DNA of 62,260 nt. It comes from an uncultured delta proteobacterium (GTDB lineage Bacteria; Desulfobacterota; Binatia; UBA9968). Positions within the stretch are counted from its first letter, which is position 1. The number at the start of each line of letters is the position of its first letter. Both the position numbers and the translations under genes were made by a program. The stretch is taken from NCBI GenBank assembly GCA_963755715.1, contig CAVWLW010000012.1, positions 1 through 62,260 on the forward strand, given 5' to 3'. The notes beneath the pieces were generated by a model. It was not told the DNA's origin and searched no databases. It saw only the letters and a list, made by a program, of their open reading frames with translations. This document shows, one piece after another, positions 29,600-40,379 of the stretch.

Positions 29600-31003
29600 A
29601 TGAAACAAGCAGACGGTTTGAGAAGTTGGCTTAAGCAAGCCGATGAGCTCGGTGAAATCCGGACGATCGAAGGGGCGGATTGGGATTTGGAGATCGGCGG
29701 TGTCGCCGATATCGTCAACGAACGCGGTAGTTCGCCTGCGGTCTTGTTTGATTCCGTAAAAGGCTATCCGAAGGGTTATCGCGTTCTGGTCAATTCGCTG
29801 GGTTCGACGAAGCGGCTCGGGCTCAGTCTCGGCATGCCGCAGAATCTGAGCTCCATGGAATTCGTCTCCGAATGGCGTCGCCGGTCGAAGGACTTGAAGC
29901 ATATTCCACCGCGGGTGGTGCGCGACGGGCCGGTGCTGGAAAATATTCAACGCGGCAAAGACGTAAATATTCTGTCGTTCCCTACGCCGCGCTGGTTCGA
30001 GCTCGACGGCGGCCGGTATATCGGCACCGGCAGCGTCAATATTACCCACGATCCGGAAGAGGGCTGGACCAACCTGGGCACGGCTCGGGTGATGATTCAT
30101 GACGAGAACACAGTGGGTTTCTATATTGCCCCGGGGCGCCATGGCCGCATCCATCGCGACAAAGCCTTCGCGCGCGGCGAGCCGTTCAAAGTTGCGATCT
30201 CGGTGGGACATGATCCGTTGATCTTTCTCGCCGGCGCGCTCGAAGTGCCGTACGGAGTTTGCGAGTACGATTTCATCGGCGGCATTCAGGGCGAGCCAGT
30301 GGACGTCATTCGCGGCGAATTCACCGGCCTGCCGATTCCCGCCACGGCGGAAATTGTTCTGGAAGGCGAATGCGTGCCGGGACCTGAAAAAATCGAAGGG
30401 CCGTTCGGCGAATGGACAGGATATTACGGCAGTTCGTCGCGGCCGGAACCGATTGTCAAAATTCACAACGTGATGCATAGGAACGATCCGATTCTGCTGG
30501 GCTACACGCGCAAATGGCGCGCGCCGCTCAAAGCCGCGCTGGTGTGGGACGATTTGGAAGGCGCCGGCGTGCCGGACGTGCGCGGCGTGTGGTATCACGA
30601 GGCGGCGGGCGCGGCGTATTTGTTTCTGGTCGTTTCGATCAAGCAGCGTTATCCGGGCCATGCGCGGCAGGCTGGGTTGATCGCGACCGAATGTCACGCG
30701 GCCGCTTATTTGGGTCGCTACACCGTAGTCGTCGACGATGACATCGATCCGACTAATCTGAACGAAGTTTTATGGGCTGTGTGCACGCGCTCTGATCCGT
30801 CGGTGGATATCGAAATACTGCGCCGCTGCTGGAGCGGCCCGTTGGATCCGATCATTCACAAAGACAAAAAAGGGTTCAACTCGCGCGCGATCATCGACGC
30901 GACGCGGCCCTACGAGTGGAAGGACGTGTTTCCCCAGGTATCGCGTTCGAGCAAAGAGCTGCGCGACAGAATTCTAACGAAGTGGTCTGATAAATTGTCG
31001 TAA
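29600..31003 (+). CDS. UbiD-family (prFMN) decarboxylase
   Basis: DWDLEIG, DGGRYIGT, N.GT.R, PA.AEIVLEG, EGPFGEWTGYY, VVVDDDIDP...VLWA. Confidence 0.95.
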   Translation: MKQADGLRSWLKQADELGEIRTIEGADWDLEIGGVADIVNERGSSPAVLFDSVKGYPKGYRVLVNSLGSTKRLGLSLGMPQNLSSMEFVSEWRRRSKDLKHIPPRVVRDGPVLENIQRGKDVNILSFPTPRWFELDGGRYIGTGSVNITHDPEEGWTNLGTARVMIHDENTVGFYIAPGRHGRIHRDKAFARGEPFKVAISVGHDPLIFLAGALEVPYGVCEYDFIGGIQGEPVDVIRGEFTGLPIPATAEIVLEGECVPGPEKIEGPFGEWTGYYGSSSRPEPIVKIHNVMHRNDPILLGYTRKWRAPLKAALVWDDLEGAGVPDVRGVWYHEAAGAAYLFLVVSIKQRYPGHARQAGLIATECHAAAYLGRYTVVVDDDIDPTNLNEVLWAVCTRSDPSVDIEILRRCWSGPLDPIIHKDKKGFNSRAIIDATRPYEWKDVFPQVSRSSKELRDRILTKWSDKLS

Positions 31004-31011
31004 GGAAGCTT

Positions 31012-31100
31012 TCACCACGAAGGTCACGAAGATCACGAAGTTGGGAAAATATAAATATCATTGCCCGAAATCTTCGTGTCCTTCGTGTGCTTCGTGGTGA
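31012..31100. repeat. Inverted arrays of 9-mers (CACGAAG)
   Basis: TCACCACGAAGGTCACGAAGATCACGAAG ... CTTCGTGTCCTTCGTGTGCTTCGTGGTGA. Confidence 0.85.
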
Positions 31101-31120
31101 GCGAATCGTAAGGAGAGAAC

Positions 31121-32084
31121 ATGGCACTTCAACTCACCATCGCCTGCGGCGACTATGATCGGACGCATCCGTTGATCGATGGCTCCATCAAGCCTGAGGG
31201 GATAGACCTCAACTGGCTGGCGCTGCCGCATCTCGAAATCTGGACGCGCATGCTCAATTATTACGACTTCGATGCTTCGGAGATTTCGCTATCGTCGTAC
31301 ATCACGTCGAAAGCGATGGGAAAGCCGCTGACCGCCATTCCTGTGTTCCCGGCGCGGGCTTTTCGACATTCCTATATTTTTATCAATACGAAAAGCGGCA
31401 TTCGCGAGCCGAAAGATCTGATGGGCAAGCGGGTCGGCTTGGGAGAGTTTCAACAAACGGCGACGGTGTGGATGCGCGGCATGCTCGCAGCATGAATACG
31501 GTGTGAAGCTCGAAGATATCGAATGGCACCTCTGGACGCCACATCCGCGGATGGCAATGGAACTACCAAAACGCTACACGGTCAAGCAAATCACGCCGGA
31601 CCGAAAGCCCGATCAGATGTTTTTTGACGGCGAGCTGGACGCCATCATGGTTCCCAGTCTGTTTCCGTCGTTGTTCAATCCGCCGGCGCATATCCGGCGT
31701 TTGTTCGAGGACTCGCCTAAGGTCGAAGCGGAGTATTTCAAAAGAACCGGCATTTTCCCGATCATGCATTCCATCGCGCTGCGACAAGACGTGTGGGAAG
31801 AGCATCCGTGGATCGCGCGCAGCCTCTTTAAAGCATTCCAACGGGCGAAGGAAGACGCTTACGCACGGTTGAAAGATCTGTCGCCGTATAAGATCAGCCT
31901 CGCCTGGTTTCGCGGGCCGGTGGAAGAGCAGCAGAAGATTCTCGGCGACGATCCGTGGCCGTACGGTTTGGAAAAAAATCGCCACGTTGTCGAGACGCTG
32001 GCGACTTACCTTTACGAGCAAGGACTGGCCGATCGGAAAATGCCGCTGGAAGAATTGTTCGCGCCGAATACGCTGGATCTCTAA
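31121..32084 (+). CDS. 4,5-dihydroxyphthalate decarboxylase-like protein (binding-protein fold), frameshift at ~31490
   Basis: LTIACGDYDRT.PL.DG, FDASE.SLSSY, AIPVFP.R.FRHS, TGIFPIMH, DPWPYG...N. Confidence 0.85.
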
Positions 32085-32146
32085 ATTCATAGAGAGTTCA
32101 AACCGTTCAAGCCGTCCAGCCCGGTCTGATACTCAAACACGTTCCG

Positions 32147-32216
32147 TGTCGTTCCGAACGAACGGGAAAAATCCTTCCGGAAACCGGAGAGATTTCTCCC
32201 TGCGGTCGAAATGACA
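32147..32216. repeat. Palindromic repeat TGTC.TTCCGA...AGATTTCTC..CGAAATGACA
   Basis: Same family as the MITE interior at 14946..15045. Confidence 0.65.
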
Positions 32217-32390
32217 GTAGCGAGTAAAACAATCCACATTGCCGACCCAGTCACAAGAGTCCGATTCTTTTCACGCAACAACTCTTTGGGCTAAGATCCC
32301 GTTCGATTCACAAGGAAGATGCGAACATTATGGCGGCGGTCGCTTGACGGTGCATTCCGTGCTGTGTTCTACCTGTGACTCATCTGTCGG

Positions 32391-33428
32391 GTGATGTCAT
32401 GGGACGACTCAGATCCTGCCTGGTGCTTGGCACGCTGTCATTATTTCTCTCGGCGCCGGTTTCGGCCGCAGGAATCCTTCTACAAGGGTAAGACGCTAAC
32501 CTTTCTCGTCGGAGCACCTCCAGGTGGAGGTTTCGACACGATGACGCGGATCGTTGCGCGCCATATGGGACGTCATCTGCCCGGCAACCCGATCGTGGTC
32601 GTTCAGAACATGACCGGTGCCGGGACTTTGATCGCGGCGAACCACCTTTACAACCGCAGCAAACCCGATGGCTTAACCATTGGCGTATGGGTCGGCAGCT
32701 TGACGCTGCAAAAATTTTTGGGCGGCACTGGAATGGACTTCGATCCAATGAAATTCGAGTGGATCGGCGTGCCGGTGCAACAAACTTTTCTGTGCGCCTT
32801 TACCAAAGCCAGTGGAATTACCAGCATGGAAAAGTGGTATGCGGCAAAAACCCCGGTAAAGATGGGAGGTCAAGTGCCGGGCACGCGACCCGACGATATT
32901 TCCTCCATTCTCAAAGCAGCATTAGGACTGCCCATCCAATTGGTTCAAGGCTACAAAGGGACCGCTGAGATCACTATGGCGGCCGAAGCGGGCGAGTTAG
33001 CCGGCCAGTGCACGAGTTGGCAGGGTTTGAAAAGCAGCTGGCGCAGACAATATGAAGCCGGCGACGTGGCTATTATTGTGCAAACCAACCGGAAATCGAT
33101 TCCTGAGCTTACGCATGTTCCATTGGCAATTAATTACGCGAAAACCGAAGAAGCGAAGCAGCTGATCGAAGTCGGGATTCATGATCTAAACGCCATTACG
33201 TTGGCCTATTCAGCGCCTCCAGGTACGCCAAAAGATAAAGTGCAGATCTTACGGGCGGCCTTGCAAGCGACGCTGCGCGATTCCGCTTTCTTAGCGGACG
33301 CCAAAGCGGCCCAACAAGAGGTCGATCCGATGACAGGCGAAGATCTGGCAGCGACGATCGCGGGGTTCAAGAAAATACCGGCACCGGTTATGGATAAATT
33401 GGCTGAGCTGTTGCTGCCAAAGAAGTAA
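32391..33428 (+). CDS. Tripartite tricarboxylate transporter substrate-binding protein (Bug/TctC); N-terminus frameshifted
   Basis: FYKGKT, PGGGFD, HLPGNP..VVQNMTGAG, GYKG, APPGTP. Confidence 0.9.
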   Translation: MMSWDDSDPAWCLARCHYFSRRRFRPQESFYKGKTLTFLVGAPPGGGFDTMTRIVARHMGRHLPGNPIVVVQNMTGAGTLIAANHLYNRSKPDGLTIGVWVGSLTLQKFLGGTGMDFDPMKFEWIGVPVQQTFLCAFTKASGITSMEKWYAAKTPVKMGGQVPGTRPDDISSILKAALGLPIQLVQGYKGTAEITMAAEAGELAGQCTSWQGLKSSWRRQYEAGDVAIIVQTNRKSIPELTHVPLAINYAKTEEAKQLIEVGIHDLNAITLAYSAPPGTPKDKVQILRAALQATLRDSAFLADAKAAQQEVDPMTGEDLAATIAGFKKIPAPVMDKLAELLLPKK

Positions 33429-33475
33429 CAGGAACGAAATACGACGGCCAGCGGTCATAAGACGGAGAGACAAAC

Positions 33476-34590
33476 ATGAAGAACGGGTTAAAAGCCTTCG
33501 ATAGCGACATGCACGTCTACGATCCGGCGTTTCTCTATGAGAAATACATGAACCCGCAATGGGGTGAGCGGATACCGCGTGGGCAGCGGAATGGCAAGCA
33601 TGGGCGGGTTGAGTTTTCCATCGGTGCCGGAAAGGAGACGCTGCGCGGAATCTCTGCGGTGATCGATCACGGACAAAAACAAGTCGCCGATCGTTACGAT
33701 TTTGCCGTGGCGCGGGATTACGACGCGGTATCCCAGATCGAAGCGATGGACCGGGAAGGCCTGGATGTGGCGGTACTGTTTCGCACATCGCCGCTGCACT
33801 GCGACGAAACATTAGAACCGAATTATGCCAACGATCTCTGCAAGGCTTGGAACGACTGGATTACCGATTTCTGCAAAGAGAATCCGCAACGACTAAGGGC
33901 GTCTGCGTTGATCACGTTGCACGATGTGGACTTGGCCGTCGAAGAAGTTCGACGCGCGGTAAGGGATCTAAAAGTGACCGGCCTGTCGCTTTGCCCTGAA
34001 CCGATCAACGGCAGACGCATTCACGATCGTTACTTCGATCCCCTCTGGGCGGAGATCGAGAAGCTTGGGGTCGCGCTGTGTTTTCATCCGCCGGCGCGGC
34101 CGAAACAGGAGCAAGTTGCAAACAAGTTCTTCGGCCATCCTAATGCCAACATCGTCGCGCTCGCTTTACGCAATCCGGTGGAGTTGATTCAAGCCGTTTC
34201 GAGCTTTTGCGCCGGCGGCGTCTTAGAGAAATTTCCCAAGCTGCGCGTGGCATTTTTGGAAGGGAACTGCGCCTGGCTGCCCTGGCTACTCTATCGCCTC
34301 GATGAGCGTGCCAAGCTGCACGGTCCCTTAGCGGACGTGCCGTTGTCCCGCCCACCGAGCGAGTATTTTCTTCGGCAGTGCTTTATTTCGCTGGATCCGG
34401 ACGAATACCTGGTGACTGATGTGGTCAAGCGTCTTGGCGACGATAATCTGGTGGTGTCGACCGATTATCCGCATATCGACGCGCATTTCCCGCACGCTGT
34501 CGATGAGTTTCTGGAGATCGAAGGGTTGAGCGAAGCAACCAACGCAAAATTCTCTGGGACAATTGCGCGCGCTTATACCACGTCAACTAA
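33476..34590 (+). CDS. Amidohydrolase_2 family protein (decarboxylase/hydratase type)
   Basis: DSDMH, MDREGLDVAVLF, AWNDW, FLEG..AW, STDYPH; true end KILWDNCARLYHVN-stop after a frameshift. Confidence 0.9.
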
Positions 34591-34781
34591 GTGTTCCTTC
34601 AACCGCCAGGTTCAAAGTTCAACCTCATGGCCGGGAGAAATCCTTCTTTGCTGTTCCGAAAAATTTCTCATGGAGTTCCTTCTGGGCGCTGCCAAAAGGC
34701 AACAACGTTATGCGGCACGGAGTGAAGCTCTGCTTTGTTTACCCTAATCAGTAGCCGACCGTTATAGGACAGGAAAAAGCC

Positions 34782-36031
34782 ATGCTCCTCAGCGAAGAAG
34801 AATTGGCACGCCTGCAAGAGCGCTTTCCGTACCCGCGTTTCTCCAAAGCCGAGTACGAGCGGCGCTACAATAATTTCGCAGGATGATGCACGAGTTGAGC
34901 TTGGACTGCCTGCTGATCATCGGCGGTTCGGCCGCGTACGGGCGTCTGTGGTTCAACTTTCGTTACGTCACTAACATGATGGGCAAAGCGGAGATGGCCA
35001 ACTACTGCTTTTTCCCGAGAGAAGGCGACCCAGCCGTGGTCACGCGCCCCGGCCATTCGCTGGCGGGCGCAATGCTGGCGCGCACCGCTGTGCGGAACCT
35101 GATAGTTGGGAAACCCAGCGTAGTCGGCGCTATCGTCAACGAAATAAAAGAGCGTGGCTATGATAAAGGCCGCGTCGGGATCGTCGAATACGATCCCTAT
35201 ACTTCAATTCCAAAGAATCACTGGGACTTCTTCGCGAGCAATCTGCCAAAGGCGGAATTTGTCTTCGTGACCAAAGAATTTATCGCCATGCGCCTTTTAA
35301 AAAGCGCTGAAGAAATTCAGGCTCTCGAGCGCTCCGCCGAGCTCGGCGATATCGGCCTGCGCAGCATGCAGGAGCGCGTGAGGCCAGGCATGACGGAAGG
35401 AGAAGTCTTCGGTATCGTCCATGAAGCAGTGTTGAAGGCGGGTGGCGAGATGGGCATGATCCAAATCGGTTCGTGCTCGATGCTCGATCCCGACATCAAC
35501 GACCAGCGGCCGCGGCCGGTAGAGAGAGTGATCGGCGAGCGCGACATCATCAATAACGAGCTGGGAATTTTTTACAACGGCTACGAAGCCCAGTGCGGCC
35601 GTCCGGTGGTAACGGGCGAGCCCACGGCGGCATACAAGGAGATGTTCGAGCTGGCAGTGGAAGGCTACCGGCGGCTCGTGCCCACGCTTTACGCCGGCAA
35701 GAGCAGCGAAGATTCCATTCAAGCAATGCAGTTTATCCGCGACACGAATTATGAATTTTACGGCGGTTTTCTCCAGGGCATGCTCGGCGCCAATCCGCGC
35801 CACGAGCCGCAAATTGGTTTCGACCGGGTGCAGAGCGCCGAGGATCGTTACCTCTTCGACCCAGACGGCCGATTGGTCTATAAAGTGGGTCACGTTTTCA
35901 CCTTGCAAATGCACATCGTCGACAAGAAACACACGCGGGGTCTCTTTGTCGGAGACTTCTTTGCGATCGAAGAGCAAGGACCGCGCTGTTTGAACAAGTT
36001 GCCGCTGGAGATGGAGCGCACCGGCGCGTAA
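34782..36031 (+). CDS. M24/creatinase-fold protein lacking canonical metal ligands (frameshift at ~34875)
   Basis: YPRFSKAEYERRY, KSAEEI..L, RPGMTE.E; ligand positions altered (NELG, EAQ, QGM). Confidence 0.75.
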
Positions 36032-36062
36032 ATTATCGCAAGAACTCAGGAAGGGTAGACGG

Positions 36063-37043
36063 ATGCAGAAAAGCTTTTTCAGCTATCTAGGGATCCTCTC
36101 GACTGCTCTAACCCTAAATCTCACACTGCCATTCAATCGCGCTGCGATCGGAGCAGATACGATTAAGTTTGCGCTGCCGGGCAATTCGATGGGTTATCTG
36201 CCGCTGTTTGTTGCGGTTCACAGAGGATTTTTTAAAGACGAAGGACTCGATATCGAGCTGCCGCGGTTGATTCCTGCCATGGCGCAAAACGCGCTGCTCG
36301 CCGGAGAAGTGCAGTATCACGGACTGGCGGACTCGGGATTGCGCTTGGCGGCGCGCGGTTTGCCTTTGAAAGCGATTTTCTATGGCGCTGACAAGCCTAT
36401 GTATTATCTAGTGGCGCAAAAGGAAATTCGCTCGGTCGCCGAGCTTAAGGGAAAGGGAGTCGGTGTCAGCCAATTCGGCGGCACCTCCGATCTGGCTGCG
36501 CGTCTCGCGCTCAAGCATTATGGCGTCGAGCCGGAAAAGGACGCGCTGCTGATTCAGATCGGCGCCGAGGGCACGCGCATGGCCGCGCTCCGCGCTGGGT
36601 CCGTGAGCGCGATCATCGTTCCGGTGCCTGCTGTCGCCGTGCTCAGGCGCGAGGGTTACAACGAAGTGTCGTTTGTCGGCGACGTCGTCGAGTTCGCGAG
36701 CAATGGCTACAGCACGACGGATCAGCGCATCAAGGAGCACCCGCAGGAAGTCAAGAAAGTCGTCAGAGCGCTCTATCGTGGCCTGCGCTACGCCAAAGAA
36801 AATCCCGAGGGGACGATCGGCGTCATCCAGAAAGAATGGAAAGTCGATGCCGAGATCGCCAAGGGCTCCTATCAAGCGATCATCAAAGCGCTCAACGACG
36901 ACGGCATCATCGGCGAAAAGCAGTTGAAGATTCACTTTGATCTCATCCGGCGCATGGAAAAAAACATCGGCGAGATCCCGGTCGATAAGGTCGTCGATTT
37001 TCGCCTTTTGCGAGAAGTCCGCAAGGAAAGCGCAGGGAAATAG
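36063..37043 (+). CDS. ABC substrate-binding protein, NMT1/SsuA-like
   Basis: GFFKDEGLD, ELKGK.VGVSQFGG, ALRAGSVSA, VDFRLLREV. Confidence 0.85.
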   Translation: MQKSFFSYLGILSTALTLNLTLPFNRAAIGADTIKFALPGNSMGYLPLFVAVHRGFFKDEGLDIELPRLIPAMAQNALLAGEVQYHGLADSGLRLAARGLPLKAIFYGADKPMYYLVAQKEIRSVAELKGKGVGVSQFGGTSDLAARLALKHYGVEPEKDALLIQIGAEGTRMAALRAGSVSAIIVPVPAVAVLRREGYNEVSFVGDVVEFASNGYSTTDQRIKEHPQEVKKVVRALYRGLRYAKENPEGTIGVIQKEWKVDAEIAKGSYQAIIKALNDDGIIGEKQLKIHFDLIRRMEKNIGEIPVDKVVDFRLLREVRKESAGK

Positions 37044-37234
37044 TACGCGAAACTCTTGTGAGCTTTGACCGGTCAAGCGGTGCTTGCAACCGGGCGTTCC
37101 TGAAATGGCGCGGTAAATATTCCATCGTGTGGTGTAGTGGAGTTATTATGCGACGGGTAAGAGAATCATCTGGTGCATGCAGGCTTGTTTAAGATTTCGT
37201 AGTGGCGGCCTAGCTCAATGTCGGAGGGTGCGCG

Positions 37235-39137
37235 ATGAAGAATACCTATGACGAAGTCTATTCACGCTGGCTAAACGATCCGGAAAATTTCTGGGCTGAA
37301 GCCGCTGAAGCGGTTCATTGGAATAAAAAATGGGACAGGGTGCTCGATGCCTCGAGGCCGCCGTTCTACCGCTGGTTCGCCGGTGGATTGCTGAATACTT
37401 GCTACAACGCGCTTGATCGACATGTCGAAGACGGTCGGGCGAATCAGCCGGCGCTCATTTACGATAGCCCTGTCACGGCAACCGTCGAGACGTTCACCTA
37501 TCGCGAGTTGCTCGATCGAGTGGCGCGCTTTGCCGGGGTGCTGGCCGGGCAAGGAGTTCAGAAAGGCGATCGGGTCATCATTTACATGCCGATGGTGCCG
37601 GAGACGGTCATTGCGATGCTGGCCTGTGCTCGCATTGGCGCGATTCACTCGGTGGTCTTCGGCGGCTTTGCCGCCCATGAGCTCGCCAACCGCATCAGTG
37701 ATGCCCGACCGAAGGTGATCGTTTCGGCTTCCTGCGGCATCGAAGTCGGCCGCGTCATTCCCTACAAGCCTCTGCTCGACAAAGCGATCGAGCTCGCTTC
37801 GGTGAAGCCCGAACGGTGCATTATCGTCCAGCGCCCGCAGGAAAAAGCGTCCATGATCGCCGGGCGCGATCTCGATTGGTCCGAGAAGATGGCGGTGGCG
37901 AAGCCAATCGACTGTGTTCCCGTGGCGGCAACGGATCCCCTCTACATTCTCTACACCTCGGGCACCACCGGCATGCCTAAAGGGATCGTGCGCGACAACG
38001 GCGGACATCTGGTGGCGCTCCAATGGAGCATGGAACATATCTATGGAGTGGCGCCGGGTGAAGTCTACTGGTCAGCGTCGGACGTGGGATGGGTGGTCGG
38101 CCACTCTTACATAGTTTATGCGCCTCTGTTCAACGGCAATACCACCGTGCTTTATGAGGGCAAACCGGTCGGCACTCCCGACGCGGGCGCTTTCTGGCGC
38201 GTCGTCTCGCAACACGGAGTGAAGGTCTTGTTTACTGCGCCGACGGCATTTCGCGCGATCAAGCGCGAAGACCCCAACGGCGAATTTATACGCAAATACG
38301 ATCTGAGCGGCTTCCGTACGCTCTTTCTCGCCGGCGAGCGCTGCGATCCGGACACGCTCTTGTGGGCCGAAAAGCAGCTTCGTGTGCCGGTCATCGATCA
38401 CTGGTGGCAGACCGAAACGGGCTGGCCGATCGGCGCCAATTGCGTCGGGTTGGGAATGCTTCCGGTTAAACCGGGTTCGTGCACAAAGCCGGTGCCGGGT
38501 TACGACGTCCGCGTGCTCGGAGATGATGGCAAAGAGCTACCGTCCGGTCAGATCGGCAGTATTGTAATCAAGCTTCCACTGCCGCCCGGTTGTCTGCCGA
38601 CGCTCTGGAACAACGATGAAGGCTACCGAAAGTCCTATCTCGCCGGCTTTTCCGGCTACTACCTCACCGCCGATGCTGGGTACAAGGACGAAGATGGATA
38701 TCTTTGGGTAATGACCCGCACGGACGATATCATCAACGTTGCCGGGCATCGCCTCTCTACCGGAGCGCTGGAAGAGGTGCTGGCTTCTCATCCCGACGTG
38801 GCCGAATGCGCGGTGTTGGGAGTCGCAGACGAGATCAAGGGAGAAATTCCGTTGGGCCTGATCGTCCTCAAGGCCGGCGTGCAGCGTTCCTACGGTGAGA
38901 TCGTGACCGGAGTTAGTTCAGATGGTGCGCGAAAGGATCGGCCCGGTGGCTTCTTTCAGGGTCGCGATCGTCGTCAAGCGGCTGCCCAAGACGCGCTCGG
39001 GCAAGATCCTGCGCGGCACCATCAAGAAGATTGCAGACGGTGTCGAATACCGAGTTCCGCCGACCATCGACGATCCGGTGATCCTCGATGAAATTACCGC
39101 GGATTTGTCGGCGCTGGGTTATCCCACTGCCCGATAG
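37235..39137 (+). CDS. prpE: Propionyl-CoA synthetase (frameshift at ~38910)
   Basis: NTCYNALDRHV, YTSGTTG.PKG.VRDNGGH, SDVGWVVGHSY, DHWWQTETGW, LPKTRSGKILR..TIDDP. Confidence 0.9.
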
Positions 39138-39307
39138 CATGCGTCGGCCTGAAATTGCGGCAAATGTAGTTTCCACTTCGCCTGGTCGCGATTCAGTTAG
39201 CCGTACCTCGTGGCACGAGAATCCCACTGCGAAAGTCTGTATAATCGTCACCGAAAACTAAATTGGGATTCAGTGACTGATGTTCGTCCTCCGCCACGCT
39301 TCTAGTC

Positions 39308-40275
39308 ATGTCCGGAATCTTCATTAGCTATCGCGAGAAGACAGCGCGGCGTACGCGGGGCGTTTATACGACCGGCTATCGGCGCATTTCGGCGCGGATC
39401 AAGTTTTCATGGACGTCGACGATATTCCACCCGGCGCCGATTTCGCGTCGCACATCGATGCCAAAGTCGGTTCGTGCGACGCGATGATCGTCGTGATCGG
39501 CAAGGAATGGCTGTCGGCGCGAAACGCCGAAGGACAATTGCGGTTGAGCGATCCCAACGATTTTGTCGGCTTGGAGGTTTCGCTTGCGCTACAACGCGGC
39601 GTGCACGTGATTCCCGTCCTCGTCGGCGGCGCACAAATACCCAAGGCGGAAGAATTGCGCGCCGATTTGAAACCGCTCGCGCGGCGAAACGCGTTGACTC
39701 TCAACGACCCAGAGTTTCAACGTGATGCGGATATCTTGGTTCAAACTCTGGAGAAGATTCCGGGACTGATGAAATCTGGTGCAGGAGAGGTCAGCGATCC
39801 GAGAGCGGCATTGCGCAAGAAGTTACTGCGTCGCCTGTGGTGGAAGGTGCCGGTTATTTTTTCGCTTGTCGCGTTCGCGGTGTGGTGGCAGGGGCGCCAA
39901 GAAAGAGAACAGGAATTAAGAAGTCAGCGGCCATCGCCGGCAGCCGGCACGATCGCCGGAACTTGGTCGGGTGAAGTCAAATACGGTTGGGGCGATAAAC
40001 ACAACGAAGTGTTTTTATTTCAGCCTGAGGGCGCAAAGCTTTTTGGCACCGCCAGCTTTCTCGGCGTCAAGCGCGGGATTGAAGACGGCAAGATCGATGG
40101 TGAAAGTATTTCCTTCATCGTGCGGTTTCAAGAACTCGCCGGCGACACGACCCGAGAGCACAAGAATTATTACTGGGGCAAGCTCAGCGGCAAGGAAATT
40201 TTGGTGCGCATCCAAGATGATCGCGGCAGTCCACCGGTGGATTTCGTTCTACGAAAGAGCGCCGCGGCAAATTGA
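39308..40275 (+). CDS. TIR_2 domain protein with single TM helix and C-terminal beta-rich domain (frameshift near start)
   Basis: MSGIFISYR.EDS..YAGRLYDRL..HFG..QVFMDVDDI.PG.DF, VVIG..W, DFV.LE..ALQR; TM VPVIFSLVAFAVWW. Confidence 0.9.
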
Positions 40276-40379
40276 ATACAAGTCATAACGGATTCTAAAT
40301 CGTGGCCGCCAACCGAAGGCTATTCGCTTGACCCTCTGTCGTTCAGTCGATATCCTCGCCAGGAAACGAGTAAGATATC

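Noticed and set aside
29537-30697. Long antisense ORFs (also 11251..12309, 19147..20004, 44884..45879)
   Set aside because: Shadow frames of well-supported genes on the opposite strand, expected in GC-rich coding DNA.
31012-31100. CRISPR array
   Set aside because: The repeats are 9-mers in inverted arrays without unique ~30-nt spacers, and there are no cas genes anywhere in the window.
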